Origin: Geopsychrobacteraceae bacterium
GTDB taxonomy: Bacteria > Desulfobacterota > Desulfuromonadia > Desulfuromonadales > Geopsychrobacteraceae
DNA: 64,000 bases
Assembly (NCBI GenBank): GCA_963676795.2
Contig: CAXXTB010000002.1
Coordinates: forward strand, 96,001 to 160,000
Direction of reading: 5' to 3'
The notes under the pieces are model-generated. The model was not told the origin of the DNA. It searched no databases and saw only the letters and a program-made list of their open reading frames with translations. Below are positions 56,217 to 64,000 of this stretch, one piece after another. The translations under genes were made by a program, and so were the position numbers. The first letter of the stretch is position 1. Each line of letters begins with the position of its first letter.

Positions 56217-56244
56217 GGCTGCCCCGCTATGGGGGCAGCCTCAG
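56213..56244. terminator. GC-rich hairpin between convergent genes
   Basis: ctgaggctgcccc-gctatg-ggggcagcctcag. Confidence 0.65.
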
Positions 56245-56262
56245 ATAGTTGCATGGCGACTG

Positions 56263-56985
56263 TCAGTCGTCAGCGAGACTGATTTTCCACTCTTTCCAGA
56301 CATTGCCAACCAGGTCGAAGCCCGGCTTCAGGGTTGGTTTGCCCGGTTTCCAGCCTGATGGTGTTGCTTGGGCTCCTTTGGTTTCCCTGACCAGTTGGAA
56401 GGCCTGAATCTGGCGCAGGGTTTCGTTGACATTGCGACCGACCGGTGGGGTCAGGACTTCATAGGCCTGTATAATTCCATCGGGGTCAATGAGGAAACGG
56501 CCGCGATTCTCTACATTGGCCACATCATCGTAGACCCCGTAGAGCTTGCCGATAGCGCCGCCGGCATCTGAGAGCATCGGGAAAGGCACGCCGCCTTCAA
56601 CCATCTTGCTCAGTTCGTTGTCGTTCCAGATCTTGTGGGTGAACATGCTGTCGATACTGATTGAGAGCAGTTCGACACCGAGTTTTTGAAATTCAGGGTA
56701 TTTCCCGGCAACTGCCGAGATTTCGGTTGCTCAGACAAAGGTGAAATCACCTGGATAGAAGCAGACGACCCTCCATTTTCCTGCATAGTCGGAAAGTTTC
56801 ACTTCTGGAAGAAATTTGTCCCTGTGATAGCCCGGAGCACTGAAGTCCGGTGCCGGTTGTCCAACCTGAATCATTTTGACCTCCTTGATCTGAACAGCGG
56901 AATTGTCCCGGGTCTCCGCCGGTTCAGGGGCGATGGCTTTCGCCGCCGCCGGCCTGACACAGCCGACCCCTTGTTCATCGCTCAT
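56263..56985 (-). CDS. prxU: Selenocysteine-containing peroxiredoxin (PrxU-type), 240 aa with in-frame UGA
   Basis: FYPGDFTFV-TGA(56733-56731)-ATEISAV; frame continues to GRFLIDPDG, GRNVNETLR; UGA occupies the peroxidatic Cys position. Confidence 0.9.
56703..56720 (-). promoter_or_regulatory. Bacterial SECIS-like hairpin
   Basis: UGA-gcaaccgaaa-UCUCGGC-AGUU-GCCGGGA; apical loop begins after 17 nt and has G at position 2. Confidence 0.65.
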
Positions 56986-57051
56986 AGCTCCTCCTTAAGG
57001 TGAGGTTGACGAACTATAATTCTACTGTTATTTTTGAGAAAATCAATATGC

Positions 57052-58716
57052 TTATGGTTGGCGATCGGTTAAGTCGATGGCCTTGCGCCGGTAATAGTTG
57101 ATCAGGCCATTGGTCGAACTGTCATGGCTTGTGACCTCTGTCCCCTGAGTCAGTTCCGGCAGGATCCTCTTGGCCAGCTGCTTGCCCAGTTCTACCCCCC
57201 ACTGATCGAAGGAATTCAGGTTCCAGATTGCACCCTGGGTGAATATCTTGTGTTCGTAAAGGGCGATCAGCGATCCGAGGGTGCGCGGCGTCAGTTGATC
57301 GAACATGAACGAACTGCTCGGGCGGTTGCCGCTGAAGATCTTGTGAGGTAGCAATTGTTCGATCCGCTTCGGGGGTAGTCCTTCCTGATCCATTTCAGCC
57401 CGGGCTTCGGCGGCATTCTTCCCCTTCATCAGGGCTTCCGGCTGGGCAAAGAAGTTGGAGAGCAGCAGCTGGTGATGATTCCCCAGCGGGTTGAGGCTAC
57501 GGACCGGGGCCAGGAAATCGCAGGGGATCAGCTTATCCCCCTGGTGGATCAGCTGATAGAAAGCGTGCTGGCCGTTGGTCCCCGGCTCCCCCCAGATGAT
57601 CGGGCCGGTCGCATAGTCGACGGGCTGGCCATCGATGGTCACCGATTTGCCGTTGCTCTCCATATCACCCTGCTGAAAATAGGCGGGGAAGCGATGCAGC
57701 GACTGGTCATAGGGGAGGATGGCGTGAGACTGGGCACTATAGAAGTTATTGTACCAGATGCCGAGCAGGGCCATGATGACCGGGATGTTCTGTTTAAAGG
57801 GGGTTTCTGCAAAATGCTTGTCGGTCCGGTGAGCGCCACAGAGCAGTTCTTCGAAATTATCCATGCCGACATAGAGCGCGATCGACAGGCCGATTGCCGA
57901 CCAGAGCGAATAGCGTCCGCCGACCCAGTCCCAGAATTCAAACATATTGTCCGGGTCGATGCCGAACTCGACGACCTTGTCACGGTTGGTCGAAATCGCC
58001 ACGAAGTGGCTGGCGATGGCTGCCTGATCCGTCAGTTTTTCCAGCAGCCAGTTGCGTGCCGAATGGGCGTTGGCCATGGTTTCCTGAGTTGTGAAGGTCT
58101 TTGAGGCGATCAGGAACAGGGTCGTTTCCGGGGCAAGTTCACGCAGGCTGTTGGCCAGGTGAGTGCCATCGACGTTGGAGACAAAATGAACGCGCAGGCG
58201 GGGGTGGGCATAGGGTTTAAGCGCTTCGCAGACCATCAGCGGGCCGAGATCCGAGCCGCCGATGCCGATGTTGACGATATCGGTGATCTCACGGTCTGTT
58301 GCGCCGCGCCAGAAGCCGTTACGAACCCGTTCCGAAAAGTTGCGCATCTGGGCAAGAACCTGATTGATTGCGGGCATGACGTCCTGTTCTTCAACGTAAA
58401 CCGGGGTGTTGCTGCGGTTGCGCAGGGCCGTATGAAGTACGGCCCGCTGTTCAGTCCGGTTGATCTTTTCGCCAGAGAACATTGCTGCAATCTTATTCTT
58501 AAGGTCACATTCTTCGGCAAGGGCTGTCAGCAGCCCAATCGTTTCAGCGTTGATGCGATGCTTTGAATAGTCGAAAAGGATATCGTCCAGAGCTATGGAG
58601 AACTGTTCGAATCTCTTCGGGTTGTCTGTGAAGAGATCGCGCATCTGCAGCCCCTCGGTCTGCTTGTAATGGTCAACAAGCTTTTTCCAGGTTTTCATCT
58701 CGGTCAGTGCGGACAT
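57052..58716 (-). CDS. pgi: Glucose-6-phosphate isomerase
   Basis: [37 protein letters not shown]. Confidence 0.97.
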   Translation of the reverse strand: MSALTEMKTWKKLVDHYKQTEGLQMRDLFTDNPKRFEQFSIALDDILFDYSKHRINAETIGLLTALAEECDLKNKIAAMFSGEKINRTEQRAVLHTALRNRSNTPVYVEEQDVMPAINQVLAQMRNFSERVRNGFWRGATDREITDIVNIGIGGSDLGPLMVCEALKPYAHPRLRVHFVSNVDGTHLANSLRELAPETTLFLIASKTFTTQETMANAHSARNWLLEKLTDQAAIASHFVAISTNRDKVVEFGIDPDNMFEFWDWVGGRYSLWSAIGLSIALYVGMDNFEELLCGAHRTDKHFAETPFKQNIPVIMALLGIWYNNFYSAQSHAILPYDQSLHRFPAYFQQGDMESNGKSVTIDGQPVDYATGPIIWGEPGTNGQHAFYQLIHQGDKLIPCDFLAPVRSLNPLGNHHQLLLSNFFAQPEALMKGKNAAEARAEMDQEGLPPKRIEQLLPHKIFSGNRPSSSFMFDQLTPRTLGSLIALYEHKIFTQGAIWNLNSFDQWGVELGKQLAKRILPELTQGTEVTSHDSSTNGLINYYRRKAIDLTDRQP

Positions 58717-59031
58717 CGGTTTCCCCTTCATGTTGTCGTGGCTATGTCTGCATAAGAATAGCAGAAACTTCGGGTTGTCAGCTCGAACAGGGTATTTTTA
58801 CCACCAGTATGATTTCGCTCTTTCAATAATGCGGGAAGTGAAAAGTGCCTGCAAGAATTTAACGAAAAATCATGAACCCCTTTAAAAGAGAGGTGTCTGG
58901 TGCCTTTGACGGCCGGTGATTGATTCTAAGTGGCTGATTCTCTGTTGAAAAGTTGCCACTTGATGTTGAAAGTCGGAGGGAAAATGGCATTATATAATAT
59001 GAGCTCAACAAAATGGAAAGGAGTTTGCGTT

Positions 59032-59238
59032 ATGGAGTATGTCAAGCCAAGTGTGAAGATCAGTGTGATTTATAAGAACGGGGTCAAGGACCGGATCAGC
59101 CCGGCGTTGCTGGATGCCCTGCTCGATGCTGAACAGGTTGATCGATTTCAACGCGCGGATGGATGGGTCAAGGTCGGAGCTGACCCGTTACGTGGTCTGG
59201 GAGGTCATTACGCTGGCGCAGAAAGGCGCAGGTTCTAG
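59032..59238 (+). CDS. Small GSU3473-family-like protein
   Basis: ISVIYKNG..LLDALL..FQRADGWV..YAGAERR; paralog of 17315. Confidence 0.7.
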   Translation: MEYVKPSVKISVIYKNGVKDRISPALLDALLDAEQVDRFQRADGWVKVGADPLRGLGGHYAGAERRRF

Positions 59239-59258
59239 TTGACTGCTGTCAGCTCAAA

Positions 59259-59399
59259 CTACCAGTGAGCACCCGGGCGGGTAATAGGATGCTGATATTT
59301 CTCCTTGTTGTTCACTTTTGAGCCGAGGTAGAAGACGCCCAGTACAATAGCAACCAGCACACAGATGCCGATAATGAGTTTGATGATGTCCTTGCTCAT
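59259..59399 (-). CDS. 46-aa single-TM small protein (not in ORF track)
   Basis: Translated by hand: MSKDIIKLIIGICVLVAIVLGVFYLGSKVNNKEKYQHPITRPGAHW; alternative ATG at 59405. Confidence 0.55.
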   Translation of the reverse strand: MSKDIIKLIIGICVLVAIVLGVFYLGSKVNNKEKYQHPITRPGAHW

Positions 59400-59490
59400 A
59401 TCCATATTTCTTCCCCGCGATTAACGTTAATAGTCCTCTCGTCGGGTTTTGTCTGGCAATTCTTTAGTTTTTTTTAAAGAAATCAGAATG

Positions 59491-59524
59491 TGGAATGGCC
59501 CCGACAGTGAACGGGGCCATTCCA
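59491..59524 (-). terminator. Hairpin downstream of asd
   Basis: tggaatggccccg...cggggccattcca. Confidence 0.65.
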
Positions 59525-59533
59525 TTGGTCGAA

Positions 59534-60640
59534 CTATTTTTCCAGCAGGATACGCAGCATGCGGCGCAGTGGTTCCGCCGCTCCCCAGAGCAGCTGATCA
59601 CCACAGGTGAAGACCGACAGGTACTCCGGACCCAGTTTCATTTTACGGACCCGGCCGACCGGAACAGTCAGGGTTCCGGAAATTGCCGCCGGAGTCAGAT
59701 TGGCCAGGGTCGCCTCTTTGTTGTTCGGCACCAGTTTGACCCAGTCGTTCGCGCCGGCGATCAGGCTTTCGATTTCACTCAATGGAATGTCTTTCTTCAG
59801 TTTGACGGTCAGCGCCTGGCTGTGGCAGCGCATGGCGCCAACGCGGACGCAGGTGCCGTCAACCGGGATCGCCGAGTCTTCACCGAGGATCTTGTTGGTT
59901 TCGACCATCCCTTTCCATTCTTCACGGCTCTGGCCGTCTTCCACTTCCTTATCGATCCAGGGCAGGACGCTGCCGGCCAGTGGGAAGCCGAAGGCCGCGG
60001 TGGTCAGCTCGGAACCACGCATGGTTTCGGTGACCTTGCGGTCGATGTCAAGAATCGCCGAACCGGGATCGGCCAGCTCATCGGCGACCGCGTCACGCAG
60101 TTCGCCCATCTGGGTGAGTAGCTCGCGCATGTTCGGAGCGCCGGCCCCGGAAGCGGCCTGGTAGGTCATAGAGGTGACCCACTCGACCAGATCGGCCTTG
60201 AACAGACCGCCAATCGCCATCAGCATCAGGCTGACGGTACAGTTGCCGCCGATAAAGTCCCTGCCGCCGTTATTCAGCGAATCGTCGATAACGTTGCGAT
60301 TGATCGGGTCGAGGATGAGAACAGCATTGTCTTTCATGCGCAGTGTTGATGCCGCATCGATCCAGTAGCCCTGCCAGCCGCCGGCACGCAGTTGCGGGTG
60401 AATCTCGGTGGTATAGTCGCCCCCCTGGCAGGTGATGATGACATCCTGCTCGGCAAGTTTGGTAAGATCTTTGGCATCTTCGAGGGTGCCACCACCCTGA
60501 CCGAACTCAGGTGCAGGTTGTCCTGCCTGTGAGGTTGAGAAGAAAGTTGCGTCGACACCGACGAGATCCTGTTCTTCTACCATGCGTTGCATCAGCACGG
60601 AACCGACCATGCCGCGCCAACCGACTAAACCGACTTTCAT
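59534..60640 (-). CDS. asd: Aspartate-semialdehyde dehydrogenase
   Basis: [34 protein letters not shown]. Confidence 0.97.
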   Translation of the reverse strand: MKVGLVGWRGMVGSVLMQRMVEEQDLVGVDATFFSTSQAGQPAPEFGQGGGTLEDAKDLTKLAEQDVIITCQGGDYTTEIHPQLRAGGWQGYWIDAASTLRMKDNAVLILDPINRNVIDDSLNNGGRDFIGGNCTVSLMLMAIGGLFKADLVEWVTSMTYQAASGAGAPNMRELLTQMGELRDAVADELADPGSAILDIDRKVTETMRGSELTTAAFGFPLAGSVLPWIDKEVEDGQSREEWKGMVETNKILGEDSAIPVDGTCVRVGAMRCHSQALTVKLKKDIPLSEIESLIAGANDWVKLVPNNKEATLANLTPAAISGTLTVPVGRVRKMKLGPEYLSVFTCGDQLLWGAAEPLRRMLRILLEK

Positions 60641-60794
60641 AGCGTGCTCCATCTTATCATCAGGAAAAGTGCGAAAAAATAATCAGCTAGATGCATATGA
60701 GCGCATCAAGTTTGGCGAAAAAGCATATCAGCAATCGTTATAAAGTGATATGTTTTTTTCAGTACTTTTAACCTCATCATTGGCGGTTTGACGA

Positions 60795-61625
60795 ATGTCC
60801 AAATACGAAGAAAATCTGTTGTTAGGCAAGACCACTGAATATAAGTCGGAATATGATCCGGGCCTGCTCTGCCCCTTTCCCCGCCAAGTGAAGCGGGACG
60901 TGATCGGGGTGACCGGCGAATTGCCTTTTTCCGGCTATGATATCTGGAATGCTTACGAGATCTCCTGGCTCAACAACAAGGGGAAACCTCTGGTGGCCAT
61001 GGCTGAGTTCCATATTCCCTGTACCACCCCCAACCTGATCGAATCGAAATCGTTCAAGCTCTATCTTAATTCTTTCAATCAGACCCGCTGCGCCGACAGC
61101 CGGGAGGTTACCGAGATCATGAGCCGGGATTTAAGCCGGGTGGCCGGCGGCGAGGTGCTGGTCAGGCTGATTCCGAGTGAGGACTTTGCCGCGGAAACAA
61201 TCTGTTCTCTGCCGGGTGACTGTATCGATGACCTTGACCTCGAGCTTGACAACTATGCCCTCGACCCCGGCTTGCTGGAAAATGCAGCTGATGCCGATCA
61301 GCAGGTGACGGAAGAGCTGCACAGCCATCTGCTCAAGAGCAACTGCCTGGTGACCAATCAGCCCGATTGGGGGAGTGTGCTGGTCCGTTATCAGGGAGGG
61401 CGGATAGGCCGCGAAGCACTGCTGCGCTACCTGATCTCCTTTCGTGAACACAATGAATTCCATGAACAGTGTGTCGAGCGGATTTTTGTCGATCTGATGC
61501 GTTTCTGTCAGCCGGAAAAGCTCACCGTCTATGCGCGCTACACGCGGCGCGGTGGCCTTGACATCAATCCGTTCAGGTCGAACTTTGAGACCCGGATCGA
61601 GAATCTGCGCCTCGCCCGGCAGTAG
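60795..61625 (+). CDS. queF: NADPH-dependent 7-cyano-7-deazaguanine reductase (long type)
   Basis: [34 protein letters not shown]. Confidence 0.95.
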   Translation: MSKYEENLLLGKTTEYKSEYDPGLLCPFPRQVKRDVIGVTGELPFSGYDIWNAYEISWLNNKGKPLVAMAEFHIPCTTPNLIESKSFKLYLNSFNQTRCADSREVTEIMSRDLSRVAGGEVLVRLIPSEDFAAETICSLPGDCIDDLDLELDNYALDPGLLENAADADQQVTEELHSHLLKSNCLVTNQPDWGSVLVRYQGGRIGREALLRYLISFREHNEFHEQCVERIFVDLMRFCQPEKLTVYARYTRRGGLDINPFRSNFETRIENLRLARQ

Positions 61626-61741
61626 GTTTTTTGCACAGCTGTGCGCCTTTTCTGCAACAGAAAATATTAATGTGTCTGATTCATTAAGTAGAGATTTTTC
61701 TTGTTTGGGGAAAAACAGATGGTTAGCTTTTCCTGATTGGA

Positions 61742-61757
61742 TGGCATGGGATTTGTA
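61742..61757 (+). promoter_or_regulatory. Possible sigma54-like promoter (imperfect -12)
   Basis: TGGCAT-N5-TTGTA; GG-N10-GT instead of GC. Confidence 0.3.
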
Positions 61758-61819
61758 TTGAGATTGAAGTGTTAAAACCAAAATGCAAATTCTGTAGCAC
61801 CATGGAAAAGGCTGACAAA

Positions 61820-62422
61820 ATGAAAAGATCGATTATCCCTCTGTTGCTGGTGGGGCTCTACCTGTTGCTGGCCACACCGGCATGGAGCGAACTCTACTAC
61901 GCTGGCAGCCTGGGCAGTTCTTCCGTTGAAGATGCCTTCAGCGATGACGGCATCGATTCGGGGGTCTTCAGTTTCGAGGATGGCTATGCGGTGACCGGAG
62001 CGGTGGGGTATACCCTGGGGCAGGCCAGGTCGCGCATCGAACTCGAAGCCGGTTATCGTTCCAACGATCTCAATTCAATGACAATCTACGGTGATGGCCG
62101 TTACCTGGTCGATGGCCGGGTTGAAGCGCTGTCTCTGATGGGCAACGGATTTGTTGACCTGGCCCCGGGCCGGACCTTCTCCCCTTATATCGGCGTCGGC
62201 GTCGGGGTGGCCAACCTGGAAGCGGACATCGATGGGCTGGGGAGTGCAGATGATACGGTTTTTGCCTGGCAGCTGGCGATCGGTTGGGATTTTTCAGTAA
62301 ATGAATCACTCGATTTCAACGTCGAGTATCGCTATTTCGCGACTGAAGATCCGGATTTCAACGGGCTTAAAATGGATTACGAGACACATAACCTGTTTGT
62401 CGGCTTGCGCCTGTCCTTCTGA
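61820..62422 (+). CDS. Small outer-membrane beta-barrel protein (OmpA/Opa-like)
   Basis: Signal peptide; RIELEAGY, PYIGVGVG, AWQLAIG, VEYRY; C-terminal Phe. Confidence 0.85.
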   Translation: MKRSIIPLLLVGLYLLLATPAWSELYYAGSLGSSSVEDAFSDDGIDSGVFSFEDGYAVTGAVGYTLGQARSRIELEAGYRSNDLNSMTIYGDGRYLVDGRVEALSLMGNGFVDLAPGRTFSPYIGVGVGVANLEADIDGLGSADDTVFAWQLAIGWDFSVNESLDFNVEYRYFATEDPDFNGLKMDYETHNLFVGLRLSF

Positions 62423-62501
62423 TCCGCGTATTCTCATACTGAAAAAAATACTTTATGGCACCAGATTGCTGACGAAGTCAGCTTCTGCATCAATCATCAT
62501 G

Positions 62502-62612
62502 CGGTTCTGCCCGTTGATGAGCGCAGCTCATCTTGGGGCGCGGGCCGTTTCGCTGGTTTGGGCCGTAAGGAGAAGTCACAAGCGGTTTAGGTCGTTATGA
62601 AAAGTTTCCTTG
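62502..62612. repeat. Left arm of a second family E element, interrupted by the group II intron
   Basis: Colinear with 38524-38638 (cggttctgcccgt, gggcgc, ccgttt, gctggtt, agcgg, ttaggtcgttat, aaaagtttc, cttg). Confidence 0.8.
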
Positions 62613-64000
62613 ATAGCGTCGGCACAAGCCGGCATGGATTAGGAGGTGAAAGTCCTCTACGTGGTAAAGGCTAGCGACCAGCCATGACCCCGAGTCATGC
62701 GTCGGCAGCCCGTAAGGGTTGCGGCGAAGCGTTGACAGGGGGCGTGCAGGCCAGGCTATTGAGCTCCGAAATCATCCAATCCGGGTTGCCGACCTTGTAA
62801 GGAAATGGGGAAGGCCGCACGGTACGTCGCGACATCGCAAGTGACGATACCGGACCCGCGGAGTCAGAGACCCAGGGCATGTACGCAAGATCCATGCGCG
62901 GAAGCCGGGAGATCCGGGAATCAACCGACCACGATCCGATGGTCGGTTCGGTCGGGAAAGGCACAAGGCCGAACGCCCGACATGCACGAGCCCCGGAAGT
63001 CGGACGAAGGAATAGTATCGATGAAGCGGACGAACAAAGGAAGACAACCAGAAGCATCAGGTGAACGATCGGCGGAGTTCGTGGAGAAAAGTCCTTCGGC
63101 CAAGGGAAATCCCGTTCAGACGACCGTGACCGAAACATAGGGTTCGGAAGCAGCGACGAGTGGACTGGACCGGATACGAGAAGCAGCGAAGCGGGACAAG
63201 ACCCGGCGATTCACCAATCTGCTGCACCATATTACTGAAGATCTGCTCGACGCTGCCTACCACAAGCTCAACCCCAAGGCCGCTGAGGGCATAGACGAAG
63301 TGACATGGCAGGAGTACGGCGAAGGGCTGCAAGAGCGCCTGACCGTACTTCGTGATCAAATCCATAGGGGAAGCTATCGCACCAAGCCGAGTAGACGGAT
63401 TTGGATACCGAAACGGGACGGGAAGAATCGTCCCATCGGGATAGCCGCCCTGGAAGACAAGATCGTCCAGCAAGCACTGGCAGAAATCCTCCAACCGATC
63501 TACGAAGAGGATTTTCTCGGTTTCAGTTACGGGGCACGCCCCGGACGAAGTCAACACAACGCCCTGGATGCCATCTATGTTGCGATCATGCGGCGCAAGG
63601 TGAACTGGGTTCTGGATGCGGATCTTCAAGGGTTCTACGACAGTCTCAATCACGACTGGTTGATGAAGTTTGTGGAGCATCGCATCGCCGACAAAAGAGT
63701 TCTCCGGCTAATCCGCAAATTTCTGCGAGCCGGAGTCTCCGAAGACGGCAAGTGGTCCAAAACAGAGGTGGGGACACCTCAGGGAGCAGTCATCTCGCCA
63801 CTGTTGGCGAATATATATCTGCACTATGTTCTGGACCTGTGGGTGAATCAATGGCGGAAACGCCAGGCACACGGCGAAGTCTACATCGTACGATACTGCG
63901 ACGACTTCGTTATGGGATTCCAATACCTATCCCACGCACGGATGTTTCAGATCGAACTCAGACAGCGATTGGCTGAGTTTGGGTTGACGTTACATCCGGA
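62613..64000 (+). mobile_element. Group II intron (3' part outside window); 5' boundary within 62612-62614
   Basis: Domain I-like motifs ggtgaaagtcc, gaagcgttgacagg, ttgagctccgaaa, gccgac..ggaaggc, ggagtc..agacc; downstream RT frame; homology to the repeat stops here. Confidence 0.88.
63141..64000 (+). CDS. ltrA: Group II intron reverse transcriptase/maturase (3' truncated; start uncertain, preceded by in-frame TAG)
   Basis: Translated by hand: GLDRIREAA..RFTNLLHHI..IPKRDGKNRPIGI..SYGARPGRS..WVLDADLQGFYD..GTPQGAVISPLLANIYLH..RYCDD. Confidence 0.88.

Noticed and set aside
56263..56985. Peroxiredoxin as a pseudogene or two genes
   Set aside because: The UGA falls exactly at the catalytic Cys, the frame is intact and a SECIS-like hairpin follows.
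62456..62470. TGGCAC..TTGCT sigma54-like sequence before the repeat and intron
   Set aside because: Spacing is GG-N9-GC, one base short of the required GG-N10-GC.
63141..64000. Retron, DGR or defence-type reverse transcriptase
   Set aside because: RT motifs and the upstream domain I-like RNA are typical of group II intron-encoded proteins.

Overview
GC-rich bacterial chromosomal segment. Gene content (GSU3473-family genes, a small c-type cytochrome, a sigma54 promoter, CIRCE-controlled groESL, a selenocysteine peroxiredoxin) points to a Desulfuromonadales/Geobacterales-like deltaproteobacterium; this is an inference. Most of the window is housekeeping: mce-meaB-scpA, groESL, radA, rng, rplU-rpmA-obgE-proBA-nadD-rsfS-rlmH, gpmI, engB, cbiET, nrdDG, murI, pgi, asd, queF. 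Most notable: (1) a group II intron at the right end sits inside a second copy of a ~385 bp nested-palindrome intergenic element, and its predicted EBS1 loop matches the insertion flank; (2) a RAYT-like HUH protein whose catalytic residues appear substituted, in a genome carrying at least five families of palindromic or tandem intergenic repeats; (3) a class III RNR whose glycyl-radical peptide is a separate 48-aa gene, followed by an activase with no ATG/GTG/TTG at its expected N-terminus; (4) a PrxU-type selenoprotein split by the ORF caller; (5) three Fur-like boxes linking an LbtU-like porin, a Crp/Fnr-DUF2325 pair and DUF3793. No tRNA, rRNA or CRISPR array was recognised. All family assignments come from motif recognition by eye, not database searches.
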